Source: Piscirickettsiaceae bacterium CG07_land_8_20_14_0_80_44_28 (GTDB taxonomy: Bacteria; Pseudomonadota; Gammaproteobacteria; Thiomicrospirales; Thiomicrospiraceae). Taken from it: 64,000 nt of DNA. The stretch covers positions 20,016-84,015 of the forward strand of contig PEWX01000115.1 of the NCBI GenBank assembly GCA_002779995.1, read 5' to 3'. Numbering within the stretch: position 1 is the first letter of the stretch; each line of letters opens with the position of its first letter. The notes beneath the pieces are model-generated. The model worked only from the letters and a program-made list of their open reading frames with translations. It was not told the DNA's origin and searched no databases. Shown here piece after piece: positions 54,182-61,691 of the stretch. Position numbers and translations under genes: made by a program.

Positions 54182-57004
54182 CTAATGTGCTTCATCCCAA
54201 TTAGAGCCTTGGCCTATGTCTACAATAAGTGGCACCTTTAAGGTTAAAGCGGATTCCATAATAGATTTGATGTGCTTTTTTGACTCAGCAATATCCTTTT
54301 CCGCAATTTCAAAGACCAGCTCATCATGCACTTGCATCAGCATTTTAATGTCACAAGTGGTGTGATCGAGCCAATGTTGCATTTTGATCATTGCGGTTTT
54401 GATAATATCGGCGGCGGTGCCTTGCATAGGGGCATTAATGGCGGTTCTTTCGGCATATTGCCTAAGTTGGCCATTTTTAGCATTAATGTCGGGTAAATAG
54501 AGTCGGCGCCCCATTAAGGTTTCAACATAGCCGGTTTGTTTGGCATTTTCTTTGGTGGATTCCATATAGTTGGCCACCCCGGGATAACGAGCAAAATAAA
54601 GGTTAATATATTCTTGAGCCAGCCCGCGGCTGATATTCAGTTGTTTGGCTAGCCCAAACGCGGACATGCCATAAATCAAGCCGAAATTGACTGCTTTGGC
54701 ACTGCGGCGCTGTTCCTTAGTGACGTCATCAAGTGGCGTATTAAAAATTTCTGCAGCGGTGGCTTGGTGAATGTCTTTTCCTTCAGAAAAAGCCTTTAAT
54801 AAACTGGCATCGCCCGATAGATGCGCCATGATGCGTAATTCAATTTGAGAATAATCGGCGGCTAATAATTGATAGCCCGGTGGGGCGATAAAGGCTTGAC
54901 GAATACGTCGACCCTCGGCACTACGTATCGGAATATTTTGTAAATTGGGTTCGGTCGAGGAGAGGCGTCCGGTTGAGGCTATCGCCTGTTGGTAAGAAGT
55001 GTGGACGCGCCCCGTTTGGGGATTGATTTGCTTTGGTAAAGAATCGGTATAAGTGGATTTTAGCTTTGCCAGGCTACGGTATTCTAAGATCAAGGACGGC
55101 AGTTCAAACCCTTGTTCTGCTAATTGTACTAATACGGGTTCCGCTGTGGAGGGTTGTCCCTTCGGGGTTTTTTTGACAACAGGGATGTCTAATTTTTCAA
55201 ATAGCACTTCTTGCAGTTGCTTTGAAGAATTGAGATTAAATTCCGTGCCGGCAATCAAATGGGCTTGTTGTTCAAGTTCGGCCAATTTTTGGCTGAGTTC
55301 ATAAGATTGATCTGCTAACATTTGACGGTCAATGAAAACCCCATTGCGCTCCATTTTTGCCAAGACCGGCAGTAATGGCATTTCAATGTCGGTAAAAATT
55401 TTATGTAATGTCGGTTCGGCCTGTAATTTTGGCAATAAAGTTTGATGAAGCTGAAGCGTAATATCCGCATCTTCGGCGGCATAGGGTGAAGCCGCTTCCA
55501 ATTCAATTTGATTAAAGGTTTTCTGTTTTTTCCCCGTTCCGGCAATGTCTTTAAAGTGAATGGTGTTGCGGTTGAGGTAGGTCAGTGCCAAATCGTCCAT
55601 ATTATGGCGGGTTGCAACACTGTTAAAACAATAAGATTCCAGCATGGTGTCATAGGCGATACCTTGAACATCAATGCCAATATTTTTAAAGATATGCCAG
55701 TCATATTTAAAGTTTTGACCGACTTTTTTGAGCGCGGGATTTTCCAAAATCGGTTTCAGTTTGGCTAACACTTCCTGAAGGGGGAGTTGTTCTGGTGCGT
55801 CTTCATAATCGTGGGTTAAGGGCACATAAGCGGCAAAAACCTGCCAGGCCTGGTCGTTTTTTTCTGCATAGGCAAAGCTGATCCCAACAATTTTCGCTTC
55901 CATGGCATTTAAAGAAGTGGTTTCGGTATCAATTGCAAACACCTCCGAGGCTTCGAGATTTTTGAGCCACGCATCGAAAGTTGACCAATCAAGAAGGGTT
56001 TCATAAGGCGTGGATGTGATTTTGGGGTTATCTGTCACAGAAGATGGCGCAGTCGATTTTGGGGATTGACCATTCGTCACGGTTTCAGAGTGGGCTTTGC
56101 GGCCACTGCTTTTGCTAAAAGGCAGTTCGCCTTTTAACACGCGGCTTAACCAGTTGCGTAAATCATATTCAGAAAACAGCGCTTCCAGTGCGTCCATATC
56201 CGCTTCATGGCGTTTAATATCATTCAGTGCAATCGGTAAATCACAATCTAAGCGGATGGTCGTCAGCTGTTGAGACAGTTTAAGTTGGTCTAAATTGGCA
56301 CGCAAATTTTCACCGATCTTGCCTTTAATTTCATCGGCATGGTCAATCAAGTTATCAATAGAACCATATTCTGCAAGCCATTTTGCAGCCGTTTTAGGCC
56401 CACACTTAGGAATACCGGGAATGTTGTCGCTACTGTCGCCCATTAAAGCGAGATAATCAATAATTTGTTCAGGTTTCACGTGAAACTTTTCAAACACACT
56501 ATCGGGTGTCATCAAGGTATCATTCATAGTGTTAACGAGGGTGATATGTTCATTCACTAATTGCGCCATGTCTTTATCACCGGTTGACAGTAGCGCAGCC
56601 ATTTTGGCTTGGGTGGCCTGGTGCGCCAGCGTGCCCATCACATCATCAGCTTCGACGCCATCAATCACTAATAGGGGAATGCCTAAGGCTTTAATGATTT
56701 CATGAATCGGTTCAATTTGAATACGCAGTTCGTCTGGCATGGGTGGACGATGGGCTTTGTAGTCTTGATAAAGTTCATGGCGAAAATTTTTACCCTTAGC
56801 ATCAAACACCACTGCAATCCGTTCAGGTTGGTATTGCTCCAATAGCTTACCAATCATATTAATGACGCCGAAAATGGCGCCGGTAGCATGGCCTTTTGAG
56901 TTGGTTAAAGGCGGCATCGCATGAAATGCGCGAAATAGATAGGATGAGCCATCCACCAAAATAAACGGGCTGTCGGGGTTGAATGCAGGAAGGATTTGAG
57001 TCAT
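54182..57004 (-). CDS. polA: DNA polymerase I
   Basis: 940 aa. Has a 5'-nuclease domain, a 3'-5' exonuclease domain (FAIDTETTSL), and polymerase motifs A (LLAADYSQIELRIMAH), B (RRSAKAVNFGLIYG) and C (QVHDELVFE). Confidence 0.98.
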   Translation of the reverse strand: MTQILPAFNPDSPFILVDGSSYLFRAFHAMPPLTNSKGHATGAIFGVINMIGKLLEQYQPERIAVVFDAKGKNFRHELYQDYKAHRPPMPDELRIQIEPIHEIIKALGIPLLVIDGVEADDVMGTLAHQATQAKMAALLSTGDKDMAQLVNEHITLVNTMNDTLMTPDSVFEKFHVKPEQIIDYLALMGDSSDNIPGIPKCGPKTAAKWLAEYGSIDNLIDHADEIKGKIGENLRANLDQLKLSQQLTTIRLDCDLPIALNDIKRHEADMDALEALFSEYDLRNWLSRVLKGELPFSKSSGRKAHSETVTNGQSPKSTAPSSVTDNPKITSTPYETLLDWSTFDAWLKNLEASEVFAIDTETTSLNAMEAKIVGISFAYAEKNDQAWQVFAAYVPLTHDYEDAPEQLPLQEVLAKLKPILENPALKKVGQNFKYDWHIFKNIGIDVQGIAYDTMLESYCFNSVATRHNMDDLALTYLNRNTIHFKDIAGTGKKQKTFNQIELEAASPYAAEDADITLQLHQTLLPKLQAEPTLHKIFTDIEMPLLPVLAKMERNGVFIDRQMLADQSYELSQKLAELEQQAHLIAGTEFNLNSSKQLQEVLFEKLDIPVVKKTPKGQPSTAEPVLVQLAEQGFELPSLILEYRSLAKLKSTYTDSLPKQINPQTGRVHTSYQQAIASTGRLSSTEPNLQNIPIRSAEGRRIRQAFIAPPGYQLLAADYSQIELRIMAHLSGDASLLKAFSEGKDIHQATAAEIFNTPLDDVTKEQRRSAKAVNFGLIYGMSAFGLAKQLNISRGLAQEYINLYFARYPGVANYMESTKENAKQTGYVETLMGRRLYLPDINAKNGQLRQYAERTAINAPMQGTAADIIKTAMIKMQHWLDHTTCDIKMLMQVHDELVFEIAEKDIAESKKHIKSIMESALTLKVPLIVDIGQGSNWDEAH
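55854..55863. repeat. CCAGGCCTGG palindrome copy (exact), inside polA
   Basis: Flanks are caaaaacctg / tcgttttt. Encodes K-N-D-Q-A-W on the minus strand. Confidence 0.95.
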
Positions 57005-57123
57005 TGAATACTTTGCCTTTAAAGGATTATGCTAAAATATCGCCATTTTATTGAAGCACCAATGTTTGATTTAAGCGGTGGGTGCTTGGGTTGTCATTTT
57101 AACCTTTTCTAGGGCGGTTTGGG

Positions 57124-58050
57124 ATGTCTGTTTATACGGTTGTGAATCAAGCAGAGTTGGAAGTTTTTTTGGCCGATTATGAGCAAGGTGCTTTGGTTGC
57201 ATTTGAAGGCATCAGTGCCGGCATTGAAAACACCAACTATTTTGTGGACACCACAACAGGCCGCTTTGTCTTAACGATTTTTGAACATCATCGCTTTGAA
57301 GAGTTGCCGTATTTTCTCAATATTATGGCCTTTATGGCTGATCACCAAATTCCCACCGCCAACCCAAAGCCGACCTTAAATGGTCATTATTTAAAAGCGT
57401 TAAAAGGCAAACCAGCAGCATTAGTAGAGCGTTTAACGGGTTCTGGGGTTGAACATCCAACACGAACGCAGTGTGAAATTATGGCCAAAAATTTGGCTAA
57501 ATTTCATCTAGCAGGGCAGGATTACCAACAAACCCGTGCCAATGATCGTGATCTCCATTGGATGCAAAAAACTTTTCAATCGATTAAAAGCTATTTGTCA
57601 AAAGATGAAATCGACTTGATCGCAATCGAGCTAGCATATCAAGCGGATATTGCTTGGGATACTTTGCCGGAAAGTGTGATTCACGCTGATTTATTTTGTG
57701 ATAACGCGTTGTTTAATGGTGATGTGCTTTCGGGCATTATTGACCTTTACTATGCCTGCAATGCGCCGATGCTTTATGATTTGGCGGTGATGGTCAATGA
57801 TTGGTGTCGCACTGAACAAGGTGGTTTAAATACCGATATGGTCAAGGCGGTTTTAAACGCTTATGAAGCCGTTCGTCCGTTAACGATGAAAGAACAATCA
57901 TTCTGGAAGCCAGCCTTAAGACTGGCGGCTTTGCGCTTCTTGTTATCACGTTTGCAAGACAAGCACCAACCTCGTGAAGGGGAAATGACCCAAATTAAAG
58001 ACCCCAATGTCTTTAAAACACTGTTAATTGTGCACCAACATTCTAAGTAA
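57124..58050 (+). CDS. thrB: Homoserine kinase, APH-fold (Pseudomonas-type ThrB)
   Basis: 308 aa. Has the N-terminus MSVYTVV...GIENTNYFV and the kinase motif VIHADLFCDNALF. Confidence 0.85.
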   Translation: MSVYTVVNQAELEVFLADYEQGALVAFEGISAGIENTNYFVDTTTGRFVLTIFEHHRFEELPYFLNIMAFMADHQIPTANPKPTLNGHYLKALKGKPAALVERLTGSGVEHPTRTQCEIMAKNLAKFHLAGQDYQQTRANDRDLHWMQKTFQSIKSYLSKDEIDLIAIELAYQADIAWDTLPESVIHADLFCDNALFNGDVLSGIIDLYYACNAPMLYDLAVMVNDWCRTEQGGLNTDMVKAVLNAYEAVRPLTMKEQSFWKPALRLAALRFLLSRLQDKHQPREGEMTQIKDPNVFKTLLIVHQHSK

Positions 58051-58194
58051 GATCCTTAATCTCAGCATTCAAAAATTCTATTAGAAATCAGTCACTTTTT
58101 AAACCATTGCGATTGATAAGTTGGTATAGTTCGTTAACTAATAATATAAGAATATTGTTATATAACAAAATCATTTATCAAGTAGCTTAAAGGG

Positions 58195-58935
58195 GTGATG
58201 ATGAACAGTTTGCTAAAAAACCTATGGTTTCGAGATCCTAAAGAAGAAACGACCTTTATCAATGACAATGCGGTGAAAATTCGCGCAGGCATTTTACTCA
58301 CCATTCCTGTTTATATGCTTTATACCTTGATTGATGTGGTTTTTGGGCCGACTTGGAGCGTGTTAGAAAACACCACCATGGTCGATACACTAGAAACCAC
58401 TTGGGAATGGCACACCATTTATCAAGTACAGGCCACCCAACGGGCTTATGATTATACAGTACAAACCTGGATTTTGTTTTTTGGGCTATTTGAAATGTTA
58501 GCCGGAATGTTTGTGCTGACGTCTCGCTTTTCACCGACCATTTATCTTGCAACCTTATTGGCGAAAAATACCAAACCGAATTGGAAACCCCTCGTGCCCA
58601 AGCGTGTTGCCTGGTCAATTGGTGCCAGTTTTATTTCAGTCTGTTTAGTGTTCTTTAATCCAGATGTGTTTGCCGGTTGGGTGAATGCGGTTTTTAATAG
58701 TGACGTCTTGCCCACCACGGAAAACTTTATGCCGAAATGGATACCCTTGGTACTGGTTTGGGTCTGTTTAGGGTTTATGTGGTTAGAAGCCATTTTGGGC
58801 TATTGTGTGGGCTGTAAATTACACGCACTGTTGGTTAAATTGGGCATTTTTAAAGAAGAATGCGAAAGCTGTAATAATATCGACTGGGAAGAAATAGCGC
58901 GCAAACATGCCGAGCGCAAAGCACAAAGCGACTAA
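58195..58935 (+). CDS. Membrane protein with two C-terminal CxxC motifs (DUF4395-like)
   Basis: 246 aa with several TM helices. Has YCVGCKLH, then EECESCNN. The start is ambiguous (GTG ATG ATG, preceded by AAAGGGG). The family assignment is from memory only. Confidence 0.5.
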   Translation: MMMNSLLKNLWFRDPKEETTFINDNAVKIRAGILLTIPVYMLYTLIDVVFGPTWSVLENTTMVDTLETTWEWHTIYQVQATQRAYDYTVQTWILFFGLFEMLAGMFVLTSRFSPTIYLATLLAKNTKPNWKPLVPKRVAWSIGASFISVCLVFFNPDVFAGWVNAVFNSDVLPTTENFMPKWIPLVLVWVCLGFMWLEAILGYCVGCKLHALLVKLGIFKEECESCNNIDWEEIARKHAERKAQSD

Positions 58936-58996
58936 AGCTGTTGACTGGCAACGGTAAACGCATCATTCGAATAAAATCTCTCAAAAGAAAATAGTT

Positions 58997-59156
58997 GAGA
59001 CCTTTGCACGAGATGGCTACACGAATAAAAAGGGTTAAAATTTTCCATATTTTCGTTAAAAAACTGGCCAATAGCCGGCTATTGACTGCGTTTTTTGCCT
59101 CAATATGAAAAATTTTTCCACATTTTTGTTTCACGTCCCACTCATACAAAGGTCTC
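58997..59156. repeat. MITE/REP-like element, long composite copy (160 bp)
   Basis: Terminal inverted repeats are GAGACCTTTGCACGAG and CTCATACAAAGGTCTC (14 of 16 complementary). The interior duplicates the AAAATTTTCCA(T/C)ATTTT(C/T)GTT block and carries a nested 16-bp palindrome. Confidence 0.6.
59069..59096 (+). terminator. Nested palindrome CAATAGCCGGCTATTG followed by a T-run, a possible terminator for the upstream membrane-protein gene
   Basis: Perfect 16-bp palindrome at 59069-59084, then ACTGCGTTTTTT. Its arms match those of the 26-bp palindrome at 1846-1871 minus the central AGGCCT. Confidence 0.4.
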
Positions 59157-59241
59157 TAATAATTATTGAATGATTGTTCATAATCCTTTACACTCTATTT
59201 TTGAGTGATTACTCAAAAAACAACCGTTAGGAATTTTAAAT

Positions 59242-59793
59242 ATGAAACTTTCATCGATCGAACTAGGCGAAGCTTCAGTAGAGCAAGAAAAGGTTTTGTC
59301 TCGTGCCCAATCTACTATTGGCTTTGTCCCCAATTTAATCAAGAAAATGGCAAATGCACCTGTCATTGCTGAAGCTTATCTTACTGTGGGAGAAATTTTT
59401 AGTAAAAGTTCTTTTTCTGCAATAGAGCAACAACTTATCTTGTTGACGGTGAGCCGATATCATGAATGTGCTTACTGCATGGCAGCTCATTCTGCGATTG
59501 CAAAAATGCAATCCGTACCCAAAGAGATAATTGAGGCTATTCGCAATGATGAAGATTTGTCAAATCCCAAGTTGGCTGCATTGCGAAATTTGACTGAAAA
59601 TATGGTTGCTACTCGTGGAAACCCGGATGAATCAGTTCTTAAAGAATTTTTAGAAGTGGGTTATGATGATTCACAGGTTCTAGAAATTATTTTAGGAATT
59701 TCAATGAAAATACTTAGCAACTATACGAATCATGTTGCTGAAACCGAATTAGACGAGATGATGGAACCGGAACGTTGGCATGTCAATAAATAA
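59242..59793 (+). CDS. Carboxymuconolactone decarboxylase (AhpD-like) family protein
   Basis: 183 aa. Has the AhpD-type CxxC motif in HECAYCMAAHS. Confidence 0.8.
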   Translation: MKLSSIELGEASVEQEKVLSRAQSTIGFVPNLIKKMANAPVIAEAYLTVGEIFSKSSFSAIEQQLILLTVSRYHECAYCMAAHSAIAKMQSVPKEIIEAIRNDEDLSNPKLAALRNLTENMVATRGNPDESVLKEFLEVGYDDSQVLEIILGISMKILSNYTNHVAETELDEMMEPERWHVNK

Positions 59794-59811
59794 AGGCGTC
59801 ATAGCTTAGCC

Positions 59812-60396
59812 CTAGTTTTGACAAAACAACTGAGTGATGAGTTGGTTTTTGATTTCGGTTAAAGTGGGCTTATCAGTGGTGAGTTTACTGTAACCGCGTA
59901 ACCCATAAATATGAGTGATCATAATTTTGGCTAATAGCTCAGGGCTATGATTGCTCAGTGGTGCTGATTCTTGTTTTGCGCGTCGTAAAATTTGAACCAT
60001 TCTGTGTTCAATTTGGGCAAAAAGGTCTCGGATTGTATCCATTTGGGGTTCATTTTGATTATGTGTTTCAAATAACGTATTGACCAAAAAACAGCCTTGA
60101 GGCGTTTCGATACAAAAATCGATAAAAAAATCATAAAAGTTTGCAATGACTTGTTTGGCGGGTTGATCGATTGATAAAACCTCATCTAAAGCCTGAAGGA
60201 GTTCTTGTTGATAGGCTTGTAAAGATTTTAAGAAAAATTGTTCTTTATTACCAAAAGCGCTGTAAAAACTACCGGGTTTTAATCCTGTTTCCTTAACAAG
60301 ATCTTCCATAGAAGTGGCATCATATCCTTTTAGCCAAAAGACATTCGCACCTTTTTTTAGAACGGTCGCTTCATCATACTTCTTAGGTCTACCCAT
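59812..60396 (-). CDS. TetR/AcrR family transcriptional regulator
   Basis: 194 aa. Has the N-terminal HTH motif GYDATSMEDLVKETGLKPGSFYSAFGNKEQ. Confidence 0.85.
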   Translation of the reverse strand: MGRPKKYDEATVLKKGANVFWLKGYDATSMEDLVKETGLKPGSFYSAFGNKEQFFLKSLQAYQQELLQALDEVLSIDQPAKQVIANFYDFFIDFCIETPQGCFLVNTLFETHNQNEPQMDTIRDLFAQIEHRMVQILRRAKQESAPLSNHSPELLAKIMITHIYGLRGYSKLTTDKPTLTEIKNQLITQLFCQN

Positions 60397-60440
60397 TTAT
60401 GGTTCCTTAGATTGTCCACTTAGGTTTTAATCAATTTGAA

Positions 60441-60483
60441 TAAAAAACCTGCTGACCTTTTGAATTAAAGGTGCGCAGGTTTT
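60441..60483 (-). terminator. Strong rho-independent terminator after the EGKCG-repeat gene
   Basis: On the minus strand, AAAACCTGC-GC-ACCTTT-aattca-AAAGGT-CA-GCAGGTTTT (9+6 bp stem) is followed by TTTA. Confidence 0.8.
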
Positions 60484-60517
60484 AAAGGTTTTAAGATTGT
60501 TGCGTCTTAAAAAGTTT

Positions 60518-60949
60518 TTATGAGCGTCCGCCGCACTTACCTTCGGCTTCTTTTTTACCGCCACATTTGCCTTCGGCTTCTTTTTTACCGCCACATTTGC
60601 CTTCGGCTTCTTTTTTACCGCCGCATTTGCCTTCGGCTTCTTTTTTACCGCCACATTTGCCTTCGGCTTCTTTTTTGCCACCACATTTGCCTTCGGCTTC
60701 TTTTTTGCCACCACATTTGCCTTCGGCTTCTTTTTTGCCACCACATTTGCCTTCGGAAGATTTTTTGTTACCGCCGCACTTACCTTCTCCGCATTTGCCT
60801 TCATGACTTGAAGCTAATTGATTTTCATAGCCTTTTTCAAGGTTTTTAAAACCAAAATCCGCTTCTTTGGCTAGAGCCGTGCCGGTGATCATAGAAGCGG
60901 TAGCGGCGCCTGCTAATTTTAAAAATTGTCTACGTGATGCGTTTTTCAT
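60518..60949 (-). CDS. Tat-signal EGKCG-repeat peptide, an HvfA/oxazolin-like candidate RiPP metallophore precursor
   Basis: 143 aa, with AAGAGG 7 nt upstream of the ATG. Has a twin-arginine signal (SRRQFLKLAGAATASMITGTALA|KE) followed by ten EGKCG motifs, seven of them as identical EGKCGGKKEA decapeptides. Confidence 0.75.
   Translation of the reverse strand: MKNASRRQFLKLAGAATASMITGTALAKEADFGFKNLEKGYENQLASSHEGKCGEGKCGGNKKSSEGKCGGKKEAEGKCGGKKEAEGKCGGKKEAEGKCGGKKEAEGKCGGKKEAEGKCGGKKEAEGKCGGKKEAEGKCGGRS
60541..60750. repeat. Tandem array of seven 30-bp units (degenerate units extend it to about 60529-60800)
   Basis: CTTCGGCTTC recurs at 60541, 60571, 60601, 60631, 60661, 60691 and 60721. Units 1-4 carry ACCGCC and units 5-7 carry GCCACC. 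Unit 3 has a single A-to-G change. All differences are synonymous in the minus-strand frame. Confidence 0.95.
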
Positions 60950-60991
60950 GGTGTACCTCTTAAAAAATGAATTGTTGTTAAAAGTTAAGTG

Positions 60992-61588
60992 TTATTTTTT
61001 TAGAAAACGTTTTGCAATCCAGTAATCAATACTGAAATAACGTCCACCACCTAAAATAACCAAGGTTAAAAGCATGAGTAAATAGGTCACAGCCCATTCT
61101 ATGCCATTATTGCTAATGACAAAACTCCCTGTTTCAGTTAGCCACTCATAGTGACCATGTTGTTGTAATAAGGATTTGGCGGCTTCTAGTCGTTCCATTG
61201 CGCCATCAATATTGGCGCTAGCCCAAGGCGACATAGGGTCGTGAATCGCTTGCCAGCCGTTTTGAAGATGCACGGAAAAGATCGCCACTAACATGGTCAC
61301 GATCAATGGAATACTTGCCCAACGGGTTGCTAATCCAAGCAATAATAACATAGCACCACCGACTTCCGCAGCAATGGCCAAGCTGGCCATTAGCTCTGGG
61401 AAAGGTAAGCCCAAGCCCCATTCTGAGTTGCCAAACCATTCGACCATCCCTGCAAATCCGGCAATTTTATTGGTACCTGCAACCCAAAACACAGCGGCTA
61501 AATACAAGCGAATAGGCAGGGTTGCTAAGAAATCTAACCGAGTTGTTGTTTGGATCATAACTTGTTGAATCTTAATGAGCCACTGCAT
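60992..61588 (-). CDS. DoxX-family membrane protein
   Basis: Four predicted TM helices with DoxX-like segments (LPIRLYLAAVFWVAGTNK, LAIAAEVGGAMLLLLGLATRWASIPL) and a soluble insertion before the last helix. The ATG at 61588 (MQWLIK), preceded by AAGGAA, is preferred over the GTG at 61618. Confidence 0.65.
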   Translation of the reverse strand: MQWLIKIQQVMIQTTTRLDFLATLPIRLYLAAVFWVAGTNKIAGFAGMVEWFGNSEWGLGLPFPELMASLAIAAEVGGAMLLLLGLATRWASIPLIVTMLVAIFSVHLQNGWQAIHDPMSPWASANIDGAMERLEAAKSLLQQHGHYEWLTETGSFVISNNGIEWAVTYLLMLLTLVILGGGRYFSIDYWIAKRFLKK

Positions 61589-61678
61589 AAGAAATTCCTT
61601 ATATAATTGAATGTTCACTCAAAAAAGATATTAACAATTTATTTCTTAAAAAACAACATAAATGAGAATCATTTTTAC

Positions 61679-61688
61679 CCAGGCCTGG
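61679..61688. repeat. CCAGGCCTGG palindrome copy (exact), intergenic between the 2OG oxygenase and DoxX genes
   Basis: Part of a 12-bp palindrome, CCCAGGCCTGGG. Flanks are catttta / cattatt. Confidence 0.95.
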
Positions 61689-61691
61689 GCA

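Noticed and set aside
60541-60750. A regular 30-bp repeat that could be taken for a CRISPR array.
   Set aside because: The repeats are directly adjacent with no spacers and lie in-frame inside a CDS. No cas genes are present.
60427-60849. Three additional long ORFs across the tandem repeat: 60427-60804 (-) encoding KKKPKANV repeats, 60520-60849 (+) and 60567-60806 (+).
   Set aside because: A 30-bp repeat without stop codons is open in several frames. Only the 60518-60949 frame has a good RBS and a canonical Tat signal peptide, and it ends before the terminator. The KKKPKANV frame runs through the terminator hairpin.
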